The position numbers were made by a program, and so were the translations under genes. Below the pieces are notes generated by a model. The model ran no database searches, had not been told where the DNA came from, and was given only the letters and a program-made list of their open reading frames with translations. A DNA stretch of 64,000 bases, from positions 480,001 to 544,000 of the forward strand of contig CAVOXA010000010.1 in the NCBI GenBank assembly GCA_963700285.1, in the 5' to 3' direction. The DNA is from an uncultured Chloroflexia bacterium. GTDB taxonomy: Bacteria; Chloroflexota; Anaerolineae; JAAYZQ01. Positions within the stretch are counted from its first letter, which is position 1. Each line of letters begins with the position of its first letter. Of this stretch, positions 19,477 through 29,578 are shown piece by piece.

Positions 19477-20433
19477 ATGGGAAGATATATCACCCGGCGG
19501 ATCCTGATCAACATCCCAGTACTGATTGGTATTACCTTTATGATCTTTGTGTTCATCGAAGCGGCGCCTGGCGACCCGCTGGCCTTCTGGGTCAGCCCGG
19601 AGTTCGGCCAGGATGAGGGCCAGATGGAAGTCCTGCGAGAGCGTTTTGGTCTGAACGACCCCTTTGGCGTCCGTTACCTGCGCTGGCTGGGGCAAGCGCT
19701 GACGGGCAACCTGGGGTTCCGCTACAAGAATTTTGAATCGGTCAGCGCCTCCATTGCCTCACGTATTGGGCCGACACTACTACTAATCGGCAGCGCCATG
19801 ATCGTAGGCATCGGCATTGGCATCCCGCTGGGTATGCTATCGGCGCTGAAACAGTATTCATTCACCGACTTTTCTCTAACAGCCTTTGCCTTCCTGGGCA
19901 TCTCGATGCCTGCCTTCTTTGCCGGCCTGGGCGGCCTGTACCTATTTGCCATCAAATGGGATTTGGTGCCCGTGGGTGGGATGTACACCATCGGACCGGA
20001 GCGGACGGTGCTGGATACACTACACCACCTGGCCCTGCCCGCCGCCATCCTCAGTCTGTCCTATATCGCCATCCTGACCCGTTACACCCGGTCCAGTATG
20101 TTGGAGGTCATGCGCCAGGATTACATCACGACTGCCCGGGCCAAAGGTCTGCGGGAAAGACTGGTGATCGTCCGCCATGCATTTCGCAACGCGCTGATCC
20201 CCATCCTGACCGTCATCGGGCTCAGTCTACCAAACTTGATCGCCGGTGCCGTTTTCATCGAGACCATTTTCGGCTGGCCCGGCCTGGGCCGTCTGTACAT
20301 TGATGGCGCCCAGTCCCGCGACTACCCCATGGTACTGGGCATGGCCCTTATCACGGCCTTGATGGTCTTGGTGGCCAACTTGCTCACAGATATCACGTAT
20401 GCCCTGGTTGACCCTCGCATCCGGTACGAGTGA
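19477..20433 (+). CDS. Peptide ABC permease (DppB/OppB-like)
   Basis: APGDP, RYLRWL, RSSMLEV..QDYITTARAKGL, ETIFGWPGLG, DPRIR. Confidence 0.93.
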   Translation: MGRYITRRILINIPVLIGITFMIFVFIEAAPGDPLAFWVSPEFGQDEGQMEVLRERFGLNDPFGVRYLRWLGQALTGNLGFRYKNFESVSASIASRIGPTLLLIGSAMIVGIGIGIPLGMLSALKQYSFTDFSLTAFAFLGISMPAFFAGLGGLYLFAIKWDLVPVGGMYTIGPERTVLDTLHHLALPAAILSLSYIAILTRYTRSSMLEVMRQDYITTARAKGLRERLVIVRHAFRNALIPILTVIGLSLPNLIAGAVFIETIFGWPGLGRLYIDGAQSRDYPMVLGMALITALMVLVANLLTDITYALVDPRIRYE

Positions 20434-20491
20434 TGAGGGGTGAGGGTGAGGCTGCGGCTAAGGTTGAGATTGGAGTTGAGAGGGTTATTGT

Positions 20492-21445
20492 ATGAGCAAT
20501 CCTGAGTCGGGAGAAGTGGCAGAGTTGGCCACGAGTTCCGCTGTCATATCCCCTGAAGTCGATCTGCCGCGGCAATCGGTGGACTCACCAAGCCGCCGGG
20601 CCATCCGCCGCTTCCGGCGGCACAAGCTAGCTATGGTGGGTACCGGAATCATGCTGGTCCTGATCCTGGCCGCCATTTTTGCCCCGGTCATCGCCCGCTA
20701 CGATCCCAACCGAGTGGATCTGAGGGAGATGAATCAGCCCCCCAGCGCCGAACACTGGTTCGGGACCGACCGGACAGGCCGCGACATCTGGGCCCGTACC
20801 ATCTATGCCGGCCGGGTATCCCTATCGGTGGGCCTGGTGGCGGTCCTGCTCTCCACTTCCATCGGCGTCACCCTGGGCGCCATCGCCGGCTTCTATGGCA
20901 AGGCCCCGGATTTCACCATTATGCGCCTCACCGACATGGTGATGTCCTTTCCCGTCATCATCATCGCTCTGACCATCGTCGCCATCCTGCCCCAGGACTG
21001 GTTCAAGTACAGCATCGTGGTGGTCATGTTCGCCATCGGCCTGCTCACCTGGCCGGCCGTGGCCCGGCTCACACGGGGGCAGATCCTATCATTGCGGGAG
21101 ACAGATTTCGTTATGGCGGCGCGCTGCCTGGGGGTGACCAACGGGCGCATCATCTTCAGACACGTCCTGCCCAACGCCATGGCGCCCCTGCTGGTTTCGA
21201 TGAGCTTTGCCATGGCCGCCGCGATCCTGCTCGAGGCCGGGCTGAGCTTCTACAACCTGGGCGTACAGCGCCCTACGCCGAGTTGGGGCAATATGCTGGA
21301 GCCAGCCCGGGCCCTGACGGTCCTGGAGGGCACTCCCTGGCAATGGATCCCGCCGGGCATTCTGATTGTGATCTCGGTACTGGCCATCAACTTCATCGGA
21401 GATGGGCTGCGCGACGCGCTCGATCCGCGGATGAGGCTTGACTGA
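20492..21445 (+). CDS. Peptide ABC permease (DppC/OppC-like)
   Basis: HWFGTDRTGRD, RHVLPN, PSWGNML, GDGLRDALDPR. Confidence 0.93.
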   Translation: MSNPESGEVAELATSSAVISPEVDLPRQSVDSPSRRAIRRFRRHKLAMVGTGIMLVLILAAIFAPVIARYDPNRVDLREMNQPPSAEHWFGTDRTGRDIWARTIYAGRVSLSVGLVAVLLSTSIGVTLGAIAGFYGKAPDFTIMRLTDMVMSFPVIIIALTIVAILPQDWFKYSIVVVMFAIGLLTWPAVARLTRGQILSLRETDFVMAARCLGVTNGRIIFRHVLPNAMAPLLVSMSFAMAAAILLEAGLSFYNLGVQRPTPSWGNMLEPARALTVLEGTPWQWIPPGILIVISVLAINFIGDGLRDALDPRMRLD

Positions 21446-21466
21446 GGGCAAGAAAGAGGTAACCGA

Positions 21467-22576
21467 ATGAAGTTCGAGCGACTGGAGATACGCTATGTTA
21501 GCCTGCCACTGCTCTACCCGTGGCGAACAGCCTATGGTGCGGACGCCGAGGTAGACTCGGTCCTGCTCCACGTCCACTCCGGCAGCCACGACACCTGGGC
21601 CGAGACCACACCTCTCAGAGCGCCCCTGTACTCGCCCGAATTCACCTGGGGTGTCTACACTTTGATCAGCGAGTTCCTCGCCCCCGTGTTGATCGGGCAG
21701 GAGTTTGAGACAGCTGATGCCCTCCTGGCGGCGCTGCGCCCCTTCAAGGGCAATCCCTTTGCCAAGGCGGGGCTGGAGATCGCCTGGTGGATGCTCCAGG
21801 CCAAGATTGAGGGCCGTCCACTGCACGAATTGCTGGGGGGCAAGCAGCGCGACGTCGAGGCAGGCGCGGATTTCGGTATCCAGGATTCCATCGACATGCT
21901 GCTGGCCAACATCCAGGGGGCCTTTGACCAGGGGTTCAAACGCGTCAAGCTAAAGTTCGGCCCCGGTTGGGACCTGGAGATGCTCAAGGCCGTGCGCTCC
22001 ACCTTTCCTACCCAGGTCTTTCACATCGACTGCAACTCGGCCTACACGCTGGACGACCTGCCCATGTTTCGCGAAATCGATAGGATGGGGCTGGCCATGA
22101 TCGAGCAACCGCTCTACTACAACGACCTGCTGGCCCACGCCGAACTCCAGAAGCAGTTGGAAACGCCCATCTGCCTGGACGAATCGATCAAGTCGGTGCG
22201 GGATTTTGAATGGGCCATCCGGCTCGGATCATGTCGTGTCCTCAACATCAAGCCGCCCCGCGTCGGCGGCTTGTCGGCTTCGGTGGCCCTACACGATATA
22301 GCCAGGGATGCTGGCATCCCCTGCTGGGTGGGCTCCATGCTGGAGAGTGGCGTCGGCATGGGGGTGCTGATCGAGCTGGCCACCCTGCCCAACTTTGGCT
22401 ATCCCAACGACCTTTTTCCCAGCCCGCGCTTCTACGTCCAACCTCTGACCGAGCCGGTGACAGCGATCAATCAGGATTGTACGTTCTCGCCCTCTACTGT
22501 GCCGGGGACTCCCTACGTGCCAGACCTGGCCATTCTGGAAGGTACCACTCGCTTCAAGACAGTGGTGGAGGCATGA
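21467..22576 (+). CDS. o-Succinylbenzoate synthase / N-acylamino acid racemase (enolase superfamily)
   Basis: KGNPFAKAGLE, KLK, DCN, IEQP, LDESI, NIKPPRVGG, GSMLESGVG; no other men genes nearby. Confidence 0.85.
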   Translation: MKFERLEIRYVSLPLLYPWRTAYGADAEVDSVLLHVHSGSHDTWAETTPLRAPLYSPEFTWGVYTLISEFLAPVLIGQEFETADALLAALRPFKGNPFAKAGLEIAWWMLQAKIEGRPLHELLGGKQRDVEAGADFGIQDSIDMLLANIQGAFDQGFKRVKLKFGPGWDLEMLKAVRSTFPTQVFHIDCNSAYTLDDLPMFREIDRMGLAMIEQPLYYNDLLAHAELQKQLETPICLDESIKSVRDFEWAIRLGSCRVLNIKPPRVGGLSASVALHDIARDAGIPCWVGSMLESGVGMGVLIELATLPNFGYPNDLFPSPRFYVQPLTEPVTAINQDCTFSPSTVPGTPYVPDLAILEGTTRFKTVVEA

Positions 22577-23712
22577 TGACGGATCTCACTCCCCGCGAGC
22601 TGATGCGCCGGACCATGCGCCGGCAGCCCACGCCACGCATCCCGACCATGCCCCAGATTTGTCACGACACTCCGGTACGCGTGTTCGCGGCCGAGGATGG
22701 CGTCGATTGGCTCGAGGGCATGAAACGCTGTATCGAAGACCCATTCCTGATCTACGACTATGTGATACGGCTGGTAGAAGCTGTAGACTGCGATGGCCTC
22801 CGCCTCTTTGTCAAACCGGAGCCCATGAGGATCGAGAGAAACGGCGACGATCTGCTGGTGCTGGATCGGGAGACAGGGCGCCGCATTGGCAAGATCGATA
22901 CCATGGGCGGTGGTGGGTTTATCCCGGACAGGCCGCAGCCGCCCGTAGAGGACCTTGATGACGCGGCCAGGCGACTGGAGGCCATGGTCCGGGAGTTCAC
23001 CGACGAAAAGATGGAGCTGCTGCGCCAGGCGCGGGAACGGGTTCCCACCCGCTTTGTGGCCGGGGCGCCCGGCGGCATCACCATGAACACCTACACCGCC
23101 TTTCGCGGCCGAGCCCAGGCCATGATGGACTTTTACGATCGACCCGATTTCGTCAGTGCCGTGATGGATATGCAGGCCGAAGCCGTGATCCAGCGGGCCG
23201 AAAAGCTGCTGACAACGGGCATCGACGTCTTTTACATCGGCGATCCGGCGGCTAGCGGAAGCCTGATCAGCCCCAAACATTTTGAGAAATTCTGCCTGCC
23301 AGCGTACCAAAAGTTCTGCCGTCACTTCCGCGACGAGGACATCCTCATCTACATCCATATCTGCGGCAACTCGGACCCGATCCTGGAGATGATGGCCGAC
23401 ACGGGCGCTCACGTGGTGGAGCCGCTGGATCCGCTGGGCGGTGTCTCGGTGGCCGACGCCAAGCGCCGCATCGGGGATCGCGTGGCGCTCATGGGGGGTG
23501 TCAACACACTCACCCTGGCCCACGGTACTCCCGAGGAAGTGCGGGCCGAGGCTATCCAAAAGTGCTGCGAGGGCGGTCCTTATGGCTACGTCCTGGCCGC
23601 TGGCGACATGGTACCACCCGAGACACCGCTGGAAAACCTGCAGGCCATGGTCGACGTCGCTACCAAGAGCCTTTGGAACGGGTCACAGGCAGGAGACAAC
23701 GCTGGCAGATGA
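22573..23712 (+). CDS. URO-D/MtaA-fold protein 2
   Basis: TPRE, GDPAASGSLISP, HICG, LMGGVN, LAAGDMV. Confidence 0.85.
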   Translation: MMTDLTPRELMRRTMRRQPTPRIPTMPQICHDTPVRVFAAEDGVDWLEGMKRCIEDPFLIYDYVIRLVEAVDCDGLRLFVKPEPMRIERNGDDLLVLDRETGRRIGKIDTMGGGGFIPDRPQPPVEDLDDAARRLEAMVREFTDEKMELLRQARERVPTRFVAGAPGGITMNTYTAFRGRAQAMMDFYDRPDFVSAVMDMQAEAVIQRAEKLLTTGIDVFYIGDPAASGSLISPKHFEKFCLPAYQKFCRHFRDEDILIYIHICGNSDPILEMMADTGAHVVEPLDPLGGVSVADAKRRIGDRVALMGGVNTLTLAHGTPEEVRAEAIQKCCEGGPYGYVLAAGDMVPPETPLENLQAMVDVATKSLWNGSQAGDNAGR

Positions 23713-24785
23713 TCAGTTCGAAGGAACGGGTGTTGGCGGCCGTAGACCATGAGGTGACCGACCGCGTACCACTGACCTTTGATGCCGAGCCCGAGGTCTA
23801 CAATGCGCTGCACCAGCATCTGGGCACCACCTCGAAAGAGGATCTTTTTGACCGGCTCCACGCGGATACTTGGATACTGCTGCCCAAGAATTTCGTTTAC
23901 ACCGAGGATCAGGAGGATTGCGTGGAAAAGACGGCCATCTGGGGCTACAAGCTGAGGTCCACGCCGTATTCGGGTGGTACGTACGACTCAGTATCTATCA
24001 ATCCATTGGCCGGCAAGGATGATCTACAGGACATTGACAATCACCCCTGGCCCGATAGCGGGGCACTGGATTTCGCGCACTTTTCGGCCGAGGCTGCGGC
24101 GCACCAGGACAGAGCCACCATCGGCGTCTTTACCTGGGGGGCGTTCCACATTGCCTGCATCGTCCGGGGCATGGAGGATCTGCTGATCGACTTTGCGGTC
24201 AGGAAGCCCTATGCCCATCATCTGCTTGACACCATCGCCCAGCGGATGTATGCCTACCTGGATCAGATGTTGGAGGAGCACGGAGAGGGCATGGACATCG
24301 TTTACATGTGCGACGATTATTGCTCGCAGCGAGGACCACTGTTCAGCCCCAAGATGTTTGAGGAGTTCATCATGCCCTACCTGACCGTGGTAGCGGACCG
24401 GGTCCATCGCCATGGAAAGAGATTTTTGCTCCACGTCTGTGGATCCGTGCGGCCGCTCTTGCCCATGATTATCGAGGCTGGTGTGGATATCCTGGAACCG
24501 ATCCAGACCCGCGCCGCGGGCATGGAACCTGCGGCACTCAAACGCGACTTTGGCCAGCAGCTCTGCTTCTACGGAGGGGTAGACCTCCAGGAGACGCTCT
24601 GCAAGGGCACGCCCCAGCAGGTGGCCGCTGAAGTCGCCTACTTGATCGACATATTGGGCCAGGATGGGGGTTATATTCTAGGCCCAGGACACACCTATAT
24701 CCAGGTCGACGCCCCACTTGAGAATATCACAACCATGTACGAGACAGCCTTCCGTTACAGGCCCTGGATGGGGGAAAGGGGGTGA
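23709..24785 (+). CDS. URO-D/MtaA-fold protein 3
   Basis: SKERV..DRVP, RGMEDLL, DDYCSQRGPLFSP, HVCG, GGYILGPGH. Confidence 0.88.
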   Translation: MISSKERVLAAVDHEVTDRVPLTFDAEPEVYNALHQHLGTTSKEDLFDRLHADTWILLPKNFVYTEDQEDCVEKTAIWGYKLRSTPYSGGTYDSVSINPLAGKDDLQDIDNHPWPDSGALDFAHFSAEAAAHQDRATIGVFTWGAFHIACIVRGMEDLLIDFAVRKPYAHHLLDTIAQRMYAYLDQMLEEHGEGMDIVYMCDDYCSQRGPLFSPKMFEEFIMPYLTVVADRVHRHGKRFLLHVCGSVRPLLPMIIEAGVDILEPIQTRAAGMEPAALKRDFGQQLCFYGGVDLQETLCKGTPQQVAAEVAYLIDILGQDGGYILGPGHTYIQVDAPLENITTMYETAFRYRPWMGERG

Positions 24786-24893
24786 GATCGCGACAAATCT
24801 GCCGGTAGCGTGTTATCCATTGGCATGACCTAGAGAAAGGCATCCAAAAAAGTGGCCTGGAATGGCCAAAAAGAGAGAAAAAGGGAGGAAGAC

Positions 24894-26225
24894 ATGACAG
24901 AGCTAAGTCGCAGACAATTGCTCAAGTTAATGGGCGCGGGCGCCGCAGGCGCCGTGCTGGTCGGGTGTGGCGCGACGCCAGAGCCGGCCGCACCGGCGGC
25001 GGCCCCCACAGAGGCGGCAGCAGCAGCAGCGGGAAAGAACTATGAGGGCGTCACGATCCGCATGCTCAGCCAGGGTGGTGCTTCCTACGAGAAGCCGGTT
25101 ACGCTCTATGCCAAAGAGTTCGAAGAGATGACCGGAGCCAAGGTCGAATTTGACTGGGCGCCCTGGGAGTCCATGATGCCCAAGATACAGGCCGACCTGG
25201 CCTCGGGTACTCCCCAACTGGACATCTTTATGAACGACATCGAGTTCCAGTACACCATCTGGCCGAATTTGCTCCCTCTTGACGACCTGATCGAAAAGAG
25301 CGGCTACAACATGGACGGCTTCTTTGAGCCAGTGTACACTTTTGGCGGCAACGTGGCCAACCAGGGCAAGCGGTTCGGTATCCCCATCACCGCTGGTGTG
25401 GCCGTCGTCTTTTACCGCACCGACCTCATCGACGAATTTCCCACCACGTGGGATGAGTACGAGAAGCTGCTCATCGATCTGAAAGAGAAAACGGGCAAGC
25501 CGCCGCTCGGATTCGCAGGAGTAACGGCCCAGTTGGTCAAACTGTTCCTGGCCCGCTACTGGTCCAAGGGCGACCCACTCTTGACCACAGACTGGCAACC
25601 GCTGATCAACAGCGAAAACGGCGCCGAGGCTCTGACCATGCTCAAGGACTATGCCCTCAACTATGCGCCGGATGGCGTCCTGGCCTGGGACAACCCCGAC
25701 GGCTGCAACGCCTTCAAGGTCGGCGACATCGTGGTCCTGGAAAGCTGGCCTGGGTTCTGCCTGGAGAGCTTTGAGGAAGACGATTCCATGGTCAAGGGCA
25801 AGTGGGCCATGGCCAAGTACCCGGAGGGCGGCACCGGTAACTTTGTGCAGCATAACGCCACCATTCTCAATACCTCCGAGAACCAGGACGCGGCTTTCGA
25901 TTTCATCGCCTACATCACCAACGAGGAGCAGCAAAAGCGCTCTGCGTTGGAGTATCTCAACGACCCGGCCCGCAAGTCCCTTTACAACGATCCAGAGGTC
26001 GTAGAGCAGTTCCCCTGGTACCCGGACTATGCCAACGTCTTGGACGCCGGCAAGCCCTTTGCCCCCGGCGTGCCCCAGTGGCTGGAGATGTTCATCTCTG
26101 TAGGCGAGGCAGCCTCGCTGGCGATTTCGGAGCAAAAAACGCCCCAGGAAGCGCTGGACGAAGCCGCAGCCAAGTGGGATGAGTTGTTTGAGCAGAACCC
26201 GATGGAATTCGAGTACGTGGAGTAA
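24894..26225 (+). CDS. Sugar ABC substrate-binding lipoprotein with Tat-like signal
   Basis: SRRQLLK twin arginine, LVGC lipobox, FYRTDL, PTTWDE. Confidence 0.9.
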   Translation: MTELSRRQLLKLMGAGAAGAVLVGCGATPEPAAPAAAPTEAAAAAAGKNYEGVTIRMLSQGGASYEKPVTLYAKEFEEMTGAKVEFDWAPWESMMPKIQADLASGTPQLDIFMNDIEFQYTIWPNLLPLDDLIEKSGYNMDGFFEPVYTFGGNVANQGKRFGIPITAGVAVVFYRTDLIDEFPTTWDEYEKLLIDLKEKTGKPPLGFAGVTAQLVKLFLARYWSKGDPLLTTDWQPLINSENGAEALTMLKDYALNYAPDGVLAWDNPDGCNAFKVGDIVVLESWPGFCLESFEEDDSMVKGKWAMAKYPEGGTGNFVQHNATILNTSENQDAAFDFIAYITNEEQQKRSALEYLNDPARKSLYNDPEVVEQFPWYPDYANVLDAGKPFAPGVPQWLEMFISVGEAASLAISEQKTPQEALDEAAAKWDELFEQNPMEFEYVE

Positions 26226-26231
26226 TCCCAA

Positions 26232-26449
26232 TCAATCGCTCCGCGCAGCGCGTGCGGAGCGATTGACTGGACCTGGAGTTGTCCAACACCGGTCCTTCAC
26301 GACCGGTGTTGGACTCCATCTTCCGCCAGACTGACTGCGAGGACGCTATCTCGAACTTGACAATTCGATCGGGTAATTCAGAACATCATCAGCAAGAACT
26401 GTGAGGGGCCAGTCCCGGTCCAACTCTATTACCCGCTCAAGTTGTCAAG
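26232..26449 (+). promoter_or_regulatory. Three intercistronic stem-loops downstream of the sugar-binding protein gene
   Basis: 13-bp IR 26232-44/26254-66; 14-bp IR 26281-94/26301-14; long stem 26356-77/26428-49. Confidence 0.7.
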
Positions 26450-26511
26450 ATCTGCATGTGCCGACCTAAACGAGCATTTCGGCGGTTTGACTACCAAACC
26501 TAGAGAGGAGA

Positions 26512-27476
26512 ATGGCCTTGAGCTTTCTGAAAAAGGCTTCTCAGCCTGCTGCAGCATCAGCGCGTAACCCTGCAGGCGCAGCAGCAGAGGTACCGGTGAT
26601 GGTCCAGCGACATACCGGCGAAAAGTGGCTGTCGGTTGCCTTCCTGGCGCCGGCCCTGATCTTCCTACTGTTTACCAACGTGTACCCGTTACTGTATTCG
26701 CTACGCCTGAGCTTCTATAGTTGGAACATGATGGTCCCGCTGAGCGTGCCAAAGTTCGTCGGACTGGAGAACTATACCGATCTGCCCTCGGATCCGGTGT
26801 TCCTCATCGCCGTCAAACAGACGCTAGTCTTTGTTATCGCGGCGGTGACCATCGAGTTTCTGATTGGGATGGGCCTGGCGCTGCTGGCAACCTCTCGGAT
26901 AAGGGCCATGGGTGTGATCCGGACTGTACTCTTGGTACCCCTCATGATGACGCCCGTCGTGGCCGGCATTCTATGGCGCACCATCTACCACCCCCAATAC
27001 GGGGTCATCAACTGGCTGATCAGCCTGATTGGCATCCCGCCCCAGACGTGGCTGGGGAACCCGAACCAGGCGATGCCGGCCGTCATCGCCGTCGAGGTAT
27101 GGCAGCAGCTCCCGGTGGTCATCTTTGTCCTGGCCGCCGGCATCCAGTCGCTGCCCACAGACCTGTACAAAGCGGCCGAGGTCGATGGCTCATCGCTGTG
27201 GCAGACCTTTCGCTACATCACATTGCCTCTGCTGAAACCGGTGATCATTGTTATCCTGATGCTGCGCATCATGGACGCCTTCAAGATCTTTGACATCATC
27301 TATATGCTAACCTATGGCGGCCCGGGCGGCAGACCGAGGTCATGTCGATGTTGATCTACAAACAGGGGTTGAAGTACTTCCAGGTTGGCGAGGCTGCCGC
27401 CATGTCCTGGGTCTTTCTGCTGGCCATCTTTTTGATCTCTTTGTACTTTATCCGCCAGTTGCTGCGTGGAAATTAG
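26512..27476 (+). CDS. Carbohydrate ABC permease, frameshift near 27328
   Basis: FVGLENY, EAA-type loop LYKAAEVDGS; after GGPG the shifted frame reads QTEVMSMLIYKQGLKYFQVGEAAA to stop 27476. Confidence 0.88.
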
Positions 27477-27488
27477 GAAGGAAGAGGC

Positions 27489-28334
27489 ATGCTGAGCTAT
27501 CGTACCAAACGTACCATTTCCAACGTGGGTCTCTATGTCCTGACGGGCGTGGTTCTTGTCGTCATTGCCTTCCCCCTTTACTGGCTGCTGATCACCTCGG
27601 TCAAGCTGGACATTGATGTGGCGCACTTTCCGCCGGTTTTCTTTCCAAAGCGGTTTACAATGGACAACTATACCAGCGTCTTCCAGACCGAAAACGCCAC
27701 CAAGTTCTGGATCAACAGCATTGTCACGGCCCTCACAACGACCTTTCTCACCTGCCTCCTGGGCTCGATGGCCGCCTATGCGCTGGCCAAGACCTATTTG
27801 GCCTCGACCATACGGCAGATTCTGATCCTGTGGATCCTGGTGACCCGCATCTTTCCTCCGGTCACGACAGCCATTCCCTACTTTATCATTATCAAGAACC
27901 TGGGACTGGCGGATACGCGTTTCTCGCTGATCCTGACCTACACTTCGTACGGCCTGCCCTTTGTCATCTGGCTGATGCTGGGCTTTTTCCAGGATCTGCC
28001 TGCCGATATCGAGAAAGCGGCCATCGTCGACGGCTGCGGCATGTGGCAGCGTTTTACCCAGGTTATCCTGCCCCTGACGCTGCCTGGGCTGGCTGTCACG
28101 GCCATATTTGCCTTTATCGCTGCCTGGAATGAATTTCTCTTTGCCTCGATCCTGACCTCCTTCAATGCCAAGACTTTGCCGGTGGTCATCTCGGGCTACA
28201 TGTCCGACAAGTACTTGCGCTGGGGGGAGATGTCGGCTCTGGGCACCATGATGATCGTGCCGGTACTGATTTTCGCGGCCGCGACGCAAAAGTACCTGGT
28301 TCGGGGCCTCACCTTTGGCGCAGTGAAGGGCTGA
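27489..28334 (+). CDS. Carbohydrate ABC permease
   Basis: IEKAAIVDG, AWNEFLFA, QKYLVRGLTFGAVKG. Confidence 0.93.
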   Translation: MLSYRTKRTISNVGLYVLTGVVLVVIAFPLYWLLITSVKLDIDVAHFPPVFFPKRFTMDNYTSVFQTENATKFWINSIVTALTTTFLTCLLGSMAAYALAKTYLASTIRQILILWILVTRIFPPVTTAIPYFIIIKNLGLADTRFSLILTYTSYGLPFVIWLMLGFFQDLPADIEKAAIVDGCGMWQRFTQVILPLTLPGLAVTAIFAFIAAWNEFLFASILTSFNAKTLPVVISGYMSDKYLRWGEMSALGTMMIVPVLIFAAATQKYLVRGLTFGAVKG

Positions 28335-28357
28335 GTATCATTTGACTCGGAGGTACT

Positions 28358-29458
28358 ATGGCAGAAATACGCTTTGAGCACATGACCAAAAAATTCGGCC
28401 CGGTAGTGGCCGTTCGCGACCTTAATCTGACCGTCGCCGACAAAGAGTTCCTCACCCTGGTCGGCCCCAGTGGTTGCGGTAAATCGACCACGCTCAACGT
28501 CCTGGCAGGTCTGGAGGATCCATCGGAGGGTCTGGTCTACATCGATGACCAGATCGTCAACGAGTTTCCGCCGGGCAAGCGGGACATCGCCATGGTTTTC
28601 CAGAGCTACGCCCTCTACCCGCACATGACAGTCCGGGAGAACATTGGCTTTGGCCTCAAAGTCCGCAAGATGGACAAAGAAGAGATCAACAGACGGGTGG
28701 AGGAGGCCGCCTCGCTGTTGGGCATCGGGCCGTTGCTGGAGAGGCGACCGCGCGAGCTCAGCGGCGGCCAGCGCCAGCGCGTCGCCCTGGGGAGGGCCAT
28801 TACCCGCGAGCCCAAGGTGTTCCTGCTGGACGAACCCTTGAGTAATCTGGATGCCAAGCTCCGAACCCAGATGAGGGCCGACCTCAAGCTGCTCTTTAAC
28901 CGTCTGGGAGGAACTGTCGTTTATGTGACCCACGACCAGGCGGAGGCCATGACCTTGAGCGACCGCGTAGTCGTCATGCGCGATGGGCTCGTACAGCAAG
29001 CGGGGCCACCGCTGGGACTCTACGACGACCCGGACAATCTCTTTGTAGCCGGCTTCCTCGGCAACCCGACCATGAACTTTTTATCCTGCAGCGCATCCCG
29101 GGAGGACGATCGGTTGGTCCTGGCAACCAATGGTACCCGCTGGCCGGTGGCCCTGGACCAGGCGGATGCCATCCTGGCGCAGATCCAGGACAAAGCGATC
29201 CTGGGCATCCGGCCCGAAGACGTCACCGTCGCCCTGCCCGGCCAGTTGGATGAAGAGCACTCGGTGCCTTGCACCATCGAGGTTGTGGAGCACATGGGCT
29301 CGCTCAACATCATCTATGCCAGCATTGAAGGCAACCGCATTATCGCCACCATGGAGAGCGCCTTTAGCGCAGGTTCAGGCGACCCAGCGCGGATAGCCTT
29401 TGACCCAGACAAGATCCGCCTCTTTAACGTGGACACAGAGAACAGAATCCGCGTGTAA
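28358..29458 (+). CDS. Carbohydrate ABC ATPase (MalK/UgpC-like)
   Basis: GPSGCGKST, FQSYALYPH, LSGGQRQR, LLDEPLSNLD, YVTHDQ. Confidence 0.95.
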   Translation: MAEIRFEHMTKKFGPVVAVRDLNLTVADKEFLTLVGPSGCGKSTTLNVLAGLEDPSEGLVYIDDQIVNEFPPGKRDIAMVFQSYALYPHMTVRENIGFGLKVRKMDKEEINRRVEEAASLLGIGPLLERRPRELSGGQRQRVALGRAITREPKVFLLDEPLSNLDAKLRTQMRADLKLLFNRLGGTVVYVTHDQAEAMTLSDRVVVMRDGLVQQAGPPLGLYDDPDNLFVAGFLGNPTMNFLSCSASREDDRLVLATNGTRWPVALDQADAILAQIQDKAILGIRPEDVTVALPGQLDEEHSVPCTIEVVEHMGSLNIIYASIEGNRIIATMESAFSAGSGDPARIAFDPDKIRLFNVDTENRIRV

Positions 29459-29578
29459 GAGCCGGTACATTACAGCGGAAGGCGAAGGTGTCGGGTCGGA
29501 AGATAGATCTTGACCCATCAGGTGGGCTCGAAAGGGCTCGGTCTGGAGACCGTCGCCTACCGACAGGAGCTATCAGGC

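Noticed and set aside
18159-19556. Long minus-strand ORFs (also 9802-11037, 24927-26231, 57295-58503)
   Set aside because: Antisense shadows of well-supported GC-rich + strand genes, with no recognisable motifs.
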